A DNA stretch of 64,000 bases from Alphaproteobacteria bacterium (GTDB lineage: Bacteria > Pseudomonadota > Alphaproteobacteria > SHVV01), in the NCBI GenBank assembly GCA_965261735.1, contig OZ253470.1:1088001-1152000 (forward strand). The letters run 5' to 3'. Position numbers and translations under genes: made by a program. Every line of letters begins with the position of its first letter. The stretch's first letter is position 1. The notes under the pieces are model-generated. The model was not told where the DNA came from. It did no database searches and saw only the letters and a list, made by a program, of their open reading frames with translations. Below, piece after piece: positions 10,046-20,618 of the stretch.

Positions 10046-11322
10046 GCGAGAGCGCGATCACGTCCGTGCTCGGCCGCCGGGTATGGGATTCCCGCGGCCA
10101 CCCAACTGTAGAGGCCGAGGTACGGCTCGCGGGCGGCGCCGTGGGTCGCGCCATCGCGCCGGCCGGCGCCTCGACTGGCGCCGGCGAGGCATACGACTTG
10201 CGCGACGGCGGCGACACCCACGGGGGCCGCGGCGTGGGCCGGGCGCTGGCCGGCCTCAACGGTGAGATCGCGGCGGCGCTGGGCGGCCTCGACGCCGCCG
10301 ATCAGGCAGGCATCGATCGCTCGTTGATCGCCCTCGACGGAAGCCCCGACAAGCGCCGCCTCGGCGGCAACGCGCTCGTCGCCGTGTCGATGGCCACCGC
10401 TCACGCTGCCGCCGCGGCGGCTGGTGTGCCACTGTGGCGCTATTTGGCAAGTGCCGGCGAGGTTGCGCTGCCGCTGCCTGAAGTCCAAATCTTCGGCGGC
10501 GGCGTCCATGCCGGCAGGCGCATCGATATCCAGGACGTTATGGTGGTTGCGCCGACGGCAAAGAGCTTCGATCAAGCGCTCGAGTGGACCGCAGAAGTCT
10601 ATCGCGCCGCGGGGCGCATTATGTCCGAGCGCGGGCTGCTGGCTGGCGCGGCCGACGAGGGCGGCTACTGGCCCGCCTTCGCGACCAACGAAGCGGCCGT
10701 CGAAACGACCGTTCGCGCGATCGAGAGGGCCGGGTTCGTGCCTGGCGCGGACGTCGCCATCGCGCTCGACATCGCCGGGTCGAGCTTTGGCAGCCGCGGC
10801 CATTACCGCCTTGCGCGCGAGGAGCGCGATCTCGACACCGACGGCCTGTGCGAGATGCTGATGGCCTGGCTCGGGCGCTATCCCATCGTCTCACTCGAGG
10901 ATCCGTTGGCCGAGGACGACGAGGCCGGATTTCGCAGGCTCACTGAGGCCGTCGGCGATCGCGTCCAGATCGTCGGCGACGATCTCTTGGCAACCGATGC
11001 CGCGCGGGTCGCCGCCGCCGCGGCCGCCGGGACGTGCAATACGCTGCTCGTGAAGCCCAACCAGGCGGGCACCCTGAGCGAGGCCCGCGCGGCGCTGGAA
11101 GCCGCACGCGCCGCGGGCTTTGCCGCCATCGCCTCGGCCCGCTCCGGTGACAGCGAGGACACGACCATCGTCCACCTGGCGGTCGGCTGGGGCGTCGCCC
11201 AGCTCAAGGTCGGCGCGTTCGCGCGCTCCGAACGCATGGCCAAGTGGAACGAGGGCCTGCGGATCGCGGATGAGCTCGGGGCCGGTGCACGCCTCGCCCG
11301 GCCTTTCGCCAGGGACGCTTAG
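10042..11322 (+). CDS. eno: Enolase-family protein with an atypical active site (probable paralog)
   Basis: DSRGHPTVE, GASTG, LGGNAL, DEGG, EDPL, VGDDL, KPNQ and RSERMAKWN. SHRSG is replaced by SARSG. ATGA overlap with the kinase gene. Confidence 0.85.
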   Translation: MSESAITSVLGRRVWDSRGHPTVEAEVRLAGGAVGRAIAPAGASTGAGEAYDLRDGGDTHGGRGVGRALAGLNGEIAAALGGLDAADQAGIDRSLIALDGSPDKRRLGGNALVAVSMATAHAAAAAAGVPLWRYLASAGEVALPLPEVQIFGGGVHAGRRIDIQDVMVVAPTAKSFDQALEWTAEVYRAAGRIMSERGLLAGAADEGGYWPAFATNEAAVETTVRAIERAGFVPGADVAIALDIAGSSFGSRGHYRLAREERDLDTDGLCEMLMAWLGRYPIVSLEDPLAEDDEAGFRRLTEAVGDRVQIVGDDLLATDAARVAAAAAAGTCNTLLVKPNQAGTLSEARAALEAARAAGFAAIASARSGDSEDTTIVHLAVGWGVAQLKVGAFARSERMAKWNEGLRIADELGAGARLARPFARDA

Positions 11323-11407
11323 GCGGCGGCTGCGTGCAAAGCCGCCCCGTAGGCGGTATATTTTCTCGCAATCAGGCCGCGTGGCCGCTCACGAGGACGC
11401 TTGCGCC

Positions 11408-13555
11408 GTGGAACGCTCGTTCAAGAAAGAGGTCGCGCTGCTGCGGCTCGGCGCGGGCGAGGTCTTCCGCGGCGAAGGCATCCTTGCCGTCACCAAAGCC
11501 CTGCTGGAATCGGGCGTGAGCTACGTCGGCGGCTACCAGGGCGCGCCCGTGTCGCACCTGATGGACGTGCTGGCCGATGCCGGCGACATCCTCGACGAGC
11601 TCGGTGTGCACTTCGAGGCCTGCGGCAGCGAGGCCAGCGCCGCCGCCATGCTCGGCGCGTCGATCAACTACCCCTTGCGCGGCGCCGTGACGTGGAAGTC
11701 GACGGTCGGCACCAACGTCGCCTCGGACGCACTTTCCAACCTCGCTTCGGCGGGCGTCAAGGGCGGCACGGTCATCGTCATCGGCGAGGACTATGGCGAG
11801 GGCGCCAGCATCATCCAGGAGCGCAGCCACGCCTTCGCCATGAAGTCGCAGATGTGGCTCGTCGACCCGCGCCCCAACCTGCCGAGCATCGTCGACATGG
11901 TCGAGCGCAGCTTCGAGCTGTCGGAGGCGAGCAATACGCCGGTCATGCTGGAGCTACGGATTCGCGCCTGTCACCTGCACGGAAGCTTCACCTGCAAGGA
12001 CAATCTGCCGCCCCAGTTCTCGCGCCGCCACGTGATCGAGAACCCGGACTTCGACTACGGCCGCATCTGCCTGCCGCCCTCGACCTATGCCCAGGAGAAG
12101 CACAAGATCGAGGTGCGCATGCCGGCGGCGGAGAAATTCATCCGCGAGCACAGCCTCAACGAGGTGTTTCCCGGGCGCCACGAGGACGTCGGCATCATCA
12201 CTCAGGGCGGCATGTACAACGCCGTGGCTCGCAGCCTCGCCGATCTCGGCCTGGCGGACAATTTCGGCAACGCGGACGTGCCGATCTACGTGCTCAACGT
12301 CACCTATCCGCTGCTGGCAGACGAGATCTCGGCCTTTTGCGTCGGTAAGAAAGCGGTGCTGGTGGTCGAGGAGGGTCAGCCCGCCTACCTCGAGCAGGCC
12401 ATCAACGCGATCCTGCGCAAGGCGGACCTCAACACATCGGTGGTCGGCAAGGACGTGCTGCCGATGGCGGGGGAGTACACCGGCGAGGTGGTGCTGAGCG
12501 GCTTGGCGCGGTTTATCGAGGGCAGCGTGCCCGCAGGCATCGACCTCGCCTCGACGGGCGCCGCCTTCGCCGAACTCCTCGCGCCCAAGCAGCAGGCCTC
12601 CGCACTCCTCGGCGAGCCCGCGCCGGCGCGGCCCCCGGGCTTCTGCGTCGGCTGCCCGGAGCGGCCCGTGTTCAGCGCGCTCAAGCTCGCCGAGCGCGAG
12701 GTCGGGCCGGTGCATCTCGCGGCCGATATCGGGTGCCACACTTTTTCGACCCTGCCGCCCTTCAACGTCGGCAACACGGTGATGGGCTACGGCCTCGGAC
12801 TGGCCAGCGCCGCCGGCGTCGCGCCGGCCATGGGACGGCGCGTGGTCAGCGTCATGGGCGATGGCGGTTTCTGGCACAACGGGCTCACCTCGGGCGTCGT
12901 CAGCGCCCAGTACAACAAGGACGATTCGGTGCTGCTCTTGTTCAAGAACGGCTACTCCTCGGCGACGGGAGCCCAGCACGTGCCGTCAACCGGCACCAAC
13001 GCCAAGGGCGAAGCCACCGACATGGACATCGAGGCGGCGCTGCGCGGCCTCGGCGTGCGCTGGATCAAGACGCTCGACACCTACGGCGTGGGACGCATGA
13101 AACGCGCGCTCACCGAGGCGCTGACGAGCAAGATCGGCGGCCTCAAGGTGATCATTGCCGACGGCGAATGCCAGCTCGCCGTGCAGCGCCGGGCAAGGCC
13201 GGAGCGCGCGCGCAAGCTCGCGGCCGGCAAGCGCGTGGTGCGCACGCGCTTCGGCATCGACGACGACGTGTGCACCGGCGACCATTCCTGCATTCGCCTC
13301 TCCGGCTGCCCCTCGCTGACGCTAAAGCCCAACCCCGACCCGCTGCGTGATGACCCGATCGCGCATGTCGACAATGAGTGCGTCGGCTGCGGCGTGTGCG
13401 GCGAGGTGGCGCACGCGGCCGTCCTGTGCCCATCCTTCTTCCGCGCCGAGATCATCCACAATCCCGGCTTCCGGGATCGCGTCCTCGACGGAGTGCGACG
13501 GCGCGTGATCGGGTGGTTCCTGGGTTCCCGCTCGCGCGCAGCGGAAGCCGTGTGA
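11408..13555 (+). CDS. iorA: Indolepyruvate ferredoxin oxidoreductase alpha subunit
   Basis: GYQGAPVS, RPPGFCVGCPER, DIGCH, TPP motif GDGGFWHNG and C-terminal ferredoxin CTGDHSC...CVGCGVC. Confidence 0.9.
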   Translation: MERSFKKEVALLRLGAGEVFRGEGILAVTKALLESGVSYVGGYQGAPVSHLMDVLADAGDILDELGVHFEACGSEASAAAMLGASINYPLRGAVTWKSTVGTNVASDALSNLASAGVKGGTVIVIGEDYGEGASIIQERSHAFAMKSQMWLVDPRPNLPSIVDMVERSFELSEASNTPVMLELRIRACHLHGSFTCKDNLPPQFSRRHVIENPDFDYGRICLPPSTYAQEKHKIEVRMPAAEKFIREHSLNEVFPGRHEDVGIITQGGMYNAVARSLADLGLADNFGNADVPIYVLNVTYPLLADEISAFCVGKKAVLVVEEGQPAYLEQAINAILRKADLNTSVVGKDVLPMAGEYTGEVVLSGLARFIEGSVPAGIDLASTGAAFAELLAPKQQASALLGEPAPARPPGFCVGCPERPVFSALKLAEREVGPVHLAADIGCHTFSTLPPFNVGNTVMGYGLGLASAAGVAPAMGRRVVSVMGDGGFWHNGLTSGVVSAQYNKDDSVLLLFKNGYSSATGAQHVPSTGTNAKGEATDMDIEAALRGLGVRWIKTLDTYGVGRMKRALTEALTSKIGGLKVIIADGECQLAVQRRARPERARKLAAGKRVVRTRFGIDDDVCTGDHSCIRLSGCPSLTLKPNPDPLRDDPIAHVDNECVGCGVCGEVAHAAVLCPSFFRAEIIHNPGFRDRVLDGVRRRVIGWFLGSRSRAAEAV

Positions 13556-15093
13556 GCGAGAGCGCCGAGCGGCCGATCACGCTGCTCATTGCCGCGCTCG
13601 GCGGCGAAGGTGGCGGCGTCCTCAGCCAGTGGATCACCGCGGCCGCCACAGCCACGGGGTACCCGGTGCAAAGCACATCGATCCCCGGCGTTTCGCAGCG
13701 CACCGGCGCCACGACCTACTATCTCGAGCTGCTGCCGCACGAGCTCGATCCTGGGCACGCCGCACCCGTGTTCGCCTTGACGCCCAACCCCGGCGGCGTC
13801 GACGTGGTCATCGCCTCGGAGCTGGTCGAGGCGGTGCGTGCCCTGCAAAACGGCTTCGTCAGTACCGGCCGCACGACGCTGATCGCCTCGACCCACCGGG
13901 TCTACGCGATCGGCGAGCGCAGCACCGGCGGTGACGGCCGCTACGACCCCGAGCGCTTCTACGTCGCGGCGCGCGAGATGACGCGCCGCGCCGTGCTCTT
14001 CGACATGGCCGCGGCGAGGGGCGAGGCCGGCAGCGTCATCAGCGCCGTCATGCTGGGCGCGCTGGCCGGCGCCGACGCCCTGCCGATCGCGCGCGCCACG
14101 TTCGAGCAGGTGATCCGCGATGCGGGGATCGCGGTCGAGCCCAACCTCGCGGGCTTCGCAGCGGGCCATGCGTTGGCCGAGGCTGCGGGCGAGCTTGTGC
14201 CGCCCGCAGCCTCGGACAAGCGCGGCGCGCCCACCGGGCCGGCACTGACAACCCTGGTTCGGCGCGCCGAACAGAGCTTTCCCGAGGCCCTGTGGCCGGT
14301 GCTCAGGGAAGCGCTCGCCCGGCTTATCGACTACCAGGACGCCGCCTACGCCGATGAATACCTGGCGCGGCTCGAGACGATTCGCACCGCCGACCGCGCG
14401 CCGTGGACGCTGACGCGCGAGACCGCGCGCCTGCTGGCCGTGTGGATGAGCTACGAGGACGTGATCCGGGTCGCCGACCTCAAGACGCGGAGGGCGCGGT
14501 TCGAGCGCGTCGCCGCGGAGGTCGGCGCCAAGGCGGGCGAGCCAGTGCGCATCGCCGAGTTCCTCAAGCCCGGCATCGAGGAGCTGTGCTCGATCCTGCC
14601 GCCGCGGCTCGCCCGGCCGCTGCTCGCCTGGGCGGAGCGGCGCAACCTGCTCGACCGGCTCAACATCGGCCTGCACGTGCGCACGAGCACGATCAGCGGC
14701 TTCCTGCTGATGCGCCTGCTCGCGCGCCTGCGCCGCTTGCGCCGGTTCAGCCATCGCATGTTCGAGGAACGGGCCTCGATCGAGCGCTGGCTCGCGGCCG
14801 TCGCCGACTCGGCACGGCATGACCTCGACCTCGCGCTTGAAGTTGCCGCCTGTGCGCGGCTCGTGAAGGGCTACGGACAGACCCACCGACGCGGGCGTGC
14901 GAATTTCCTTCGCCTGCTCGATGTCGCCCGGGCCGCGGGCCTCGGAGCGCGCGATCCCGGGGCGCTGGCAGCGGCGCTGCGCCGCGCCCGCGAGGCGGCG
15001 CTCGCCGACCCCGAGGGACCCTCCTTCGCCGAAGCGCTGGCCGAGCACGAGACGGCCCCAGAAGCACACGTCCGCCGGGCTGCAGGGGAGTAG
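13552..15093 (+). CDS. iorB: Indolepyruvate oxidoreductase beta subunit with C-terminal extension
   Basis: ALGGEGGGVL, GVSQRTGAT, MSYEDVIRVADLK and LVKGYG. GTGA overlap with iorA. Confidence 0.88.
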   Translation: MSESAERPITLLIAALGGEGGGVLSQWITAAATATGYPVQSTSIPGVSQRTGATTYYLELLPHELDPGHAAPVFALTPNPGGVDVVIASELVEAVRALQNGFVSTGRTTLIASTHRVYAIGERSTGGDGRYDPERFYVAAREMTRRAVLFDMAAARGEAGSVISAVMLGALAGADALPIARATFEQVIRDAGIAVEPNLAGFAAGHALAEAAGELVPPAASDKRGAPTGPALTTLVRRAEQSFPEALWPVLREALARLIDYQDAAYADEYLARLETIRTADRAPWTLTRETARLLAVWMSYEDVIRVADLKTRRARFERVAAEVGAKAGEPVRIAEFLKPGIEELCSILPPRLARPLLAWAERRNLLDRLNIGLHVRTSTISGFLLMRLLARLRRLRRFSHRMFEERASIERWLAAVADSARHDLDLALEVAACARLVKGYGQTHRRGRANFLRLLDVARAAGLGARDPGALAAALRRAREAALADPEGPSFAEALAEHETAPEAHVRRAAGE

Positions 15094-15191
15094 GCCGCGC
15101 TTTCCAGTGGGCGCGGGGTGTTCTTCCAGTGGGGCTCTCCGAAAAGGTGTAGTGTGAGCCGCACCCACAACCCTCGTGCGAGGGGCTAGCG

Positions 15192-16354
15192 ATGAAGCTG
15201 TTCACGATCGGCGCCAGCGTTTCGCAGGGCTTTATGTCGCTCGCGGCGGCGCGCACCGACCTCTGTTTCTCGACGCTGATCGCCGAGAACCTTGGATTGC
15301 AGCCGGGTAGCGAGGACTACCGGTATCCCGACTGGCCCGAGGGCGGGCTCCCCGCCAACATCGAGCGGATCATGCGTCGGCTCGGGCGCAAGTATGGCGC
15401 CGACATCAAGGGGCTCGAGTGGCCCTTCGCCTTCAAGACCATCAACGATGTCCTCGACGAGTCGGAGGACTTCTATGAGCGCGGGGCCGGCCGGGAAACG
15501 GAGCCCTACCCGGGCGGTGCGACGTTTTTCCATAACGTGGCTGTGCGCGGCTTCGATGTTGCTGACGCCTGGAAGCTGACCCCGCTCATCTGTCGCCAGC
15601 AAAACGACCTGGCCAACGCCACGAATGGCGACGACAACCTCTTCGGGGCGGCCAATGCCTCGCTCTATCGCACCGCGCTGCGCGTGCTGAACCCGTCCGG
15701 CGACGCCGCGAACGACGACTGCTCTCAGCTCGAATGGCTCAAGCGCCATGCCGAGCGCGAGGGCGTCGAGAACCTGATTCTATGGCTCGGCTCCAACAAC
15801 GCCCTGGAAACGGTGCTCGCACTCAAGATCCGCCAGACCCTGAACGACCCCAACCGGCGGCCCGTCGACATGAGCCACGTCGAACGAGCGGCGGCCGACT
15901 GGAACCTGTGGCACCCCGAGGACTTCGAGGCCGAGTATCGGGCGCTTCTCGACCGCGTCGATGCCACCATGAGTGGACAGAACGCGGCGCCGCAATGGAA
16001 GGTATTCGTCGCCACCGTTCCCGCCGTCACGATGGCGCCGCTCGCCAAGGGAGTCGGCGATCGCTTCCACGTGACCCGCACGATCGACGGAACGGCGCGC
16101 CGGTATACCTACTTCAAGTACTACACGTACTTTCCGTTCGAGGAGGATTTCGCCCACGACACCGGTACCCACCTCACGGGCCAGGAGGCGGTCCATATCG
16201 ACGACGTCATTCATGCCTACAACCGGGCGATCCGCGCCGCCGTCGCCGAGAAGAACGCGGCGCACGGGTCCGAGCGCTACCACATCGTCGATGCCGCGAC
16301 CCATCTGGACGATCTGGCATGGAAAGAGAAACGACGGGTTTCCACGGTACGTAT
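15192..16354 (+). pseudogene. SGNH/GDSL-like hypothetical protein truncated by IS1595
   Basis: N-terminal IGASVSQGF and WLGSNN blocks. Probable extra A near 16324 (WKRNDGFPRY otherwise). Cut by the IS at 16355. Confidence 0.6.
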
Positions 16355-17459
16355 CTTGTCTATCCGGTTAACGCCCATGACCGCTACATGTAGGGTGCCG
16401 CCACTCTCCCGAGTAAAGCTCGGCATAGGTTGGAGCAGAGGTGTCGCCCGCGATGCCGAGCAATGAGCGGAAGGCGTTGAACGGGTAGAACCGCCTGTTG
16501 AAGCGGAAGGTGAACTCGTTGAGGTAGGCTTGTAGGTGCTGGTGGCTAACGCCGTGGTGGATACCGATCAGCCACGTCTTCAGGTTGGCGAAAACCAGAT
16601 GGATGATCGGCAGGTATTGCTCGGCAACCTCTGGATCACCACACTCGGCAACAGCGAAGTGCTCATAGCCGCGCTTCCCGAGGCCAGCATAGCCGCTCCA
16701 ATCGTCAGTAACGATCAGCGATCGCGGCGCGACGGTGCTCTCGACGAACCCACAGAGCGACTCGGCGCTACGGTCGAGCACGACGGCGAGCCGAACGCGT
16801 CCGGCATAGCGTCCGTCTTTCCGGTTGTCGAGCTTGGTGCCCGGCTTTCGATGACGCACCTCGATGGCACAGGAGACGGGAACCTTGTGGTGAACACCAC
16901 GGCCTTCCCCACGCGTTCGCCCGCCAACCCAGGTTTCGTCCACCTCAACATGGTTCTTGGGCTGTCCACCGATCCTGTCTTGGTTGGGCCGCACCATGCC
17001 CGAGCGGAGCTTGTGGAGAATTTGAAAGGCCGTCTCGTAGCGCGAAAGACCAAGTTGCCGCTGAAACTGCACGGCGGACATGCCGGGCGTCTGACTGGCG
17101 ACCAGATAAGCGGCCCAGAACCAGACGTTCAGCGGAGTGTGGCTACGCTCCATCACTGTTCCCACCGTCAGCCCGGTGTTCTGGCGGCACTTGCGGCAGC
17201 GCAGGACGCCAGGGCGGTTTTCAAAGTGGAACGGCTCTCCCGCCGTGCCGCAGTGCGGGCAGGCAAAGCCGTCTCCCCAGCGGGCTTTCTCCAGGTAGGC
17301 GGCGCAGGCCGCATCATCGGGGAAAAGTCGCTGGAACTCGGGTAGCGAATGCGGGAATGGGAGATCGGCGCGGTCGAGAACATCCATGGCGCGCTCCCCT
17401 ATATCCGGGTTGCGCCCATTCTAGCCCTAGTGGGTGTGGGTGTAAACCGGATAGGCAAG
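16355..17459 (-). mobile_element. IS1595 ISSod11-like copy B, no TSD
   Basis: 1105 bp, near-identical to copy A. Flanks GTACGTAT and GATCATTC differ. One TIR has a substitution (CTTGTC). Confidence 0.96.
16368..17387 (-). CDS. IS1595 family transposase
   Basis: 339 aa, near-identical to 6001-7020. Confidence 0.96.
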   Translation of the reverse strand: MDVLDRADLPFPHSLPEFQRLFPDDAACAAYLEKARWGDGFACPHCGTAGEPFHFENRPGVLRCRKCRQNTGLTVGTVMERSHTPLNVWFWAAYLVASQTPGMSAVQFQRQLGLSRYETAFQILHKLRSGMVRPNQDRIGGQPKNHVEVDETWVGGRTRGEGRGVHHKVPVSCAIEVRHRKPGTKLDNRKDGRYAGRVRLAVVLDRSAESLCGFVESTVAPRSLIVTDDWSGYAGLGKRGYEHFAVAECGDPEVAEQYLPIIHLVFANLKTWLIGIHHGVSHQHLQAYLNEFTFRFNRRFYPFNAFRSLLGIAGDTSAPTYAELYSGEWRHPTCSGHGR

Positions 17460-17698
17460 GATCATTCGTCGCACGACGCCGATCGCGATCATGGGCAATG
17501 CGGCGAGCGCCATCGCGCTCGATTCGAGGATCAACCCGAGTCCGGCGAACAGGGGAACCAGGCCCGCGTACATCGGGTGGCGCACGAAGGCATAGGGGCC
17601 TTTATCGATCACGTGCTGCTTCCGATCCGGACAGGCCCGACCAGGAGCGTTCCATAGACGACGGCGCCAGCCACCAGTCGGACGAGCAACCGAACCAT
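17460..17698 (-). pseudogene. Isoprenylcysteine carboxyl methyltransferase (ICMT/PEMT) family remnant
   Basis: VIDKGPYAFVRHPMYAG motif. Internally deleted or frameshifted and cut by the IS. Confidence 0.75.
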
Positions 17699-17751
17699 CG
17701 TCAAGGCCGATCGTACCCGATAGCTTGCCTGGGCCTCGCAGACGGTCAGGC

Positions 17752-19446
17752 CTAGAACAACCCGACGATGCGGCCGTCGGCGTCGACGCTGATGGCGTTG
17801 GCGGCGGGGGTGCGGGGCAGGCCCGGCATAGTCATGACGTCGCCGCACACCGCGACCACGAACTCGGCGCCGCCGGCGAGACGGAGCTCGCGAATCGCGA
17901 CCTCGTGGCCGCTCGGGGCGCCCTTGAGCGCGGGGTCGGTCGAGAAGCTGTATTGGGTCTTGGCCATGCACACGGGGAAGGTGCCGTAGCTTGCCTGGAG
18001 CTCGGCGAAGCGGTCGCGCACCCGCTTGTCGGCCGTGATGTCTTCGGCCCCGTAGATCTGTTGCGCCACGGTACGGGCCTTGTCCCACAGCGGCATGTCG
18101 TCGGGGTAGAGGAGCTTGAACGCGGCCGCGCCGCGCTCGACGGCATCGAGTACGGCCTCGGCGAGCGCTTCCGCGCCTTGGCCGCCAACGGCCCAATGAT
18201 CCGCGACCACGACCGGTACGCCATGCTCGGCGCCAAGTTCGGTGAGCAGCGCAAGCTCGGCTTTGGTATCGGCGCCGAAGCGGTTGACGCAGACCACCAC
18301 CGGCACGCCAAAGCGGCGCAGATTGGCGATGTGGCGGGCGAGGTTGGCGGCCCCGGCACGCAGGGCGTCAAGGTCCTCGCGCGCGAGTTCGTCGCGCGCG
18401 GCACCGCCGTGCATTTTGAGCGCCCGCACGGTGGCCACGAGCACGGCGCAATCCGGGCTGAGCCCCGCTTTTCGGCACTTCAGGTCGAAGAACTTCTCGG
18501 CCCCGAGATCGGCGCCGAAGCCCGCTTCGGTCACCACGTAGTCGGCGAGCTTGAGCGCGGCCTTCGTGGCCACGACCGAGTTGCAGCCGTGGGCGATGTT
18601 GGCGAAGGGCCCGCCGTGCACGAACACCGGGTTGTTCTCCAGCGTCTGTACGAGGTTGGGCTTGAGGGCGTCTTTGAGCAGTGCCGACATCGCGCCTGCG
18701 ACCTCGAGGTCGCGCGCGGTCACCGCCTCGCGCGCCCGCGAGTAGCCGATGACGATGTTGCCGAGGCGCCGGTCGAGATCGGCGAGATTATTGGCGAGGC
18801 ACAGGATCGCCATGATCTCGGAGGCCACGGTGATGTCGAAGCCGTCCTCGCGGGGAAAGCCGTTGGCGACGCCGCCGAGCCCGACGGTGATCTGCCGGAG
18901 CGCGCGGTCGTTCATGTCGAGCGCCCGGCGCCAGGCGATGCGGCGCGGGTCGATGTCGAGCGCGTTGCCCCAGTAGACGTGGTTGTCGATCGCCGCAGCG
19001 AGCAGGTTGTTCGCGGCGCCCATGGCGTGGATATCGCCGGTGAAGTGGAGGTTGATGTCCTCCATCGGCACGACCTGCGCGTAGCCGCCGCCGGCGGCAC
19101 CGCCCTTGACGCCAAAACACGGGCCGAGCGAAGGCTCGCGCAGGCAGCTCATCGCCTTTTTGCCGAACCGGTTGAGGGCATCGCCGAGGCCGATGGTCGC
19201 GGTCGTCTTGCCCTCGCCGGCCGGCGTCGGCGTGATCGCGGTGACCAGGATCAGCTTGCCCTCGGGCGCCTCGCCGAGGCCCGCCAGATAGTCGAGCGAC
19301 AGCTTCGCCTTGTGGTGGCCGTAGGGCTCCAGCGCCGATGCCGGAATACCGAGCCTGTCGGCGCCGACCTCGAGGATCGGCCGCATCGACGCCGCTTGCG
19401 CGATGTCGATGTCGCTCTTGGGATTCGTGTACTGGCTTGCGGGCAC
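17752..19446 (-). CDS. fhs: Formate-tetrahydrofolate ligase
   Basis: [41 protein letters not shown] and [14 protein letters not shown]. Confidence 0.96.
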   Translation of the reverse strand: MPASQYTNPKSDIDIAQAASMRPILEVGADRLGIPASALEPYGHHKAKLSLDYLAGLGEAPEGKLILVTAITPTPAGEGKTTATIGLGDALNRFGKKAMSCLREPSLGPCFGVKGGAAGGGYAQVVPMEDINLHFTGDIHAMGAANNLLAAAIDNHVYWGNALDIDPRRIAWRRALDMNDRALRQITVGLGGVANGFPREDGFDITVASEIMAILCLANNLADLDRRLGNIVIGYSRAREAVTARDLEVAGAMSALLKDALKPNLVQTLENNPVFVHGGPFANIAHGCNSVVATKAALKLADYVVTEAGFGADLGAEKFFDLKCRKAGLSPDCAVLVATVRALKMHGGAARDELAREDLDALRAGAANLARHIANLRRFGVPVVVCVNRFGADTKAELALLTELGAEHGVPVVVADHWAVGGQGAEALAEAVLDAVERGAAAFKLLYPDDMPLWDKARTVAQQIYGAEDITADKRVRDRFAELQASYGTFPVCMAKTQYSFSTDPALKGAPSGHEVAIRELRLAGGAEFVVAVCGDVMTMPGLPRTPAANAISVDADGRIVGLF

Positions 19447-19674
19447 GGGGCGCTCCCCTATTGCCGAGGTTGGCGAGAACTCTGGCGGGACGGTGGTGGT
19501 GTGCCGGAGTTGGCTCGGGACAGTAACAAGGCGCGGCGCGCGCTCGCAACCGGCACCGGCTCGGCGCGGTGTCGTGCCCGGCGATAGCACTGTGTCGCGC
19601 ACCGCCCCCTCTGCTACCATGGCGGTGAGCGTAGGGCGCGCGCGCCTAGGGGCCGAGCGGAAGGGCGAGACAGC

Positions 19675-20454
19675 ATGGCGGACGTGGTACTGGTGGAAAC
19701 CGAGGGGCCGATCGCGACGGTAATCCTCAACCGGCCGGACAAGCTCAACGCCATGAATCTCGAATCCTGGCGCCGGGTGGCCGAGGTCATGGGCGAGGTT
19801 TCTAAGCGCGACGAGCTCCGCTGCGTCGTCATGCGCGGCGCCGGCGACAAGGCGTTCGCGGCCGGCGCCGACATCTCCGAGTTCGAGAACGAGCGCAAGG
19901 GCGCCGCCAAGGGCAAGGCCTACGGGGCCGTCGTCGAGGCCGCGTTCACGGTGATCGCCGCATGCCGCCACCCCACCGTCGCGCTGATCAAGGGTGCCTG
20001 CATCGGCGGCGGGCTCGAGATCGCGGCGCGCTGCGACATCCGTATCTGCGGCGAATCGAGCACCTTCGGCATCCCCAGCAACCGCCTGGGCCTGGTCATC
20101 GCCTATCCCGAGCTCGAAGGGTTGATCAGCCTGGTGGGCCGCGGCAACGCCAACGAGATCGTGCTGACGGGCGCGATCTTCGGCGCTGCGGACGCCCGTG
20201 CCATGGGCCTCGTCAACCGCGTCGTCGCCGACGAGGCGGTCGCGGAGGAGGCCTACCGCGTCGCCGGCGGCATCGCCGAGCGCGCGCCCTTCAGCAACCG
20301 CTGGCACAAGAAGGCGATGCGCCGGCTCGCCGATCCGACGCCGCTCAGCGAGGCCGAGCGCGACGACGCCTTCGCCTGCTACGACAGCGAGGACTTCCGC
20401 GCCGGTTTCGAGGCGTTCCGCAACAGGACCAAGCCGGTCTTCACCGGGCGCTAG
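19675..20454 (+). CDS. Enoyl-CoA hydratase/isomerase
   Basis: [16 protein letters not shown] and GACIGGGLE. Confidence 0.92.
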   Translation: MADVVLVETEGPIATVILNRPDKLNAMNLESWRRVAEVMGEVSKRDELRCVVMRGAGDKAFAAGADISEFENERKGAAKGKAYGAVVEAAFTVIAACRHPTVALIKGACIGGGLEIAARCDIRICGESSTFGIPSNRLGLVIAYPELEGLISLVGRGNANEIVLTGAIFGAADARAMGLVNRVVADEAVAEEAYRVAGGIAERAPFSNRWHKKAMRRLADPTPLSEAERDDAFACYDSEDFRAGFEAFRNRTKPVFTGR

Positions 20455-20480
20455 GCCCTGCGTGCGCAAGTCCGCGGTTA

Positions 20481-20580
20481 ACCCCCGCCCAACCCTCCCC
20501 CATTAAAGGGGAGTGCCAACAGGTGCGCGTCGCGCCATAATACCCCCTCCCCTGGTGGGAGGGGGTAGGGGGAGTTGGAC
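20481..20580. repeat. GC-rich bipartite palindromic intergenic repeat (REP/CIR-like), copy 1
   Basis: Shares CCCCTCCCCTGGTGGGAGGGGGTAGGGGGAG and a similar left half with 29651-29743. Confidence 0.75.
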
Positions 20581-20618
20581 GGACAAGGAGTCCCCTTCCT
20601 GTGCAACCAGGTACTAGC

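Noticed and set aside
5988-17459. Composite transposon formed by IS copies A and B
   Set aside because: Copy A has its own TSD and the outer flanks do not match.
17752-20469. 905-aa extended Fhs
   Set aside because: The extension is antisense to the enoyl-CoA hydratase; Fhs homology starts near 19446.
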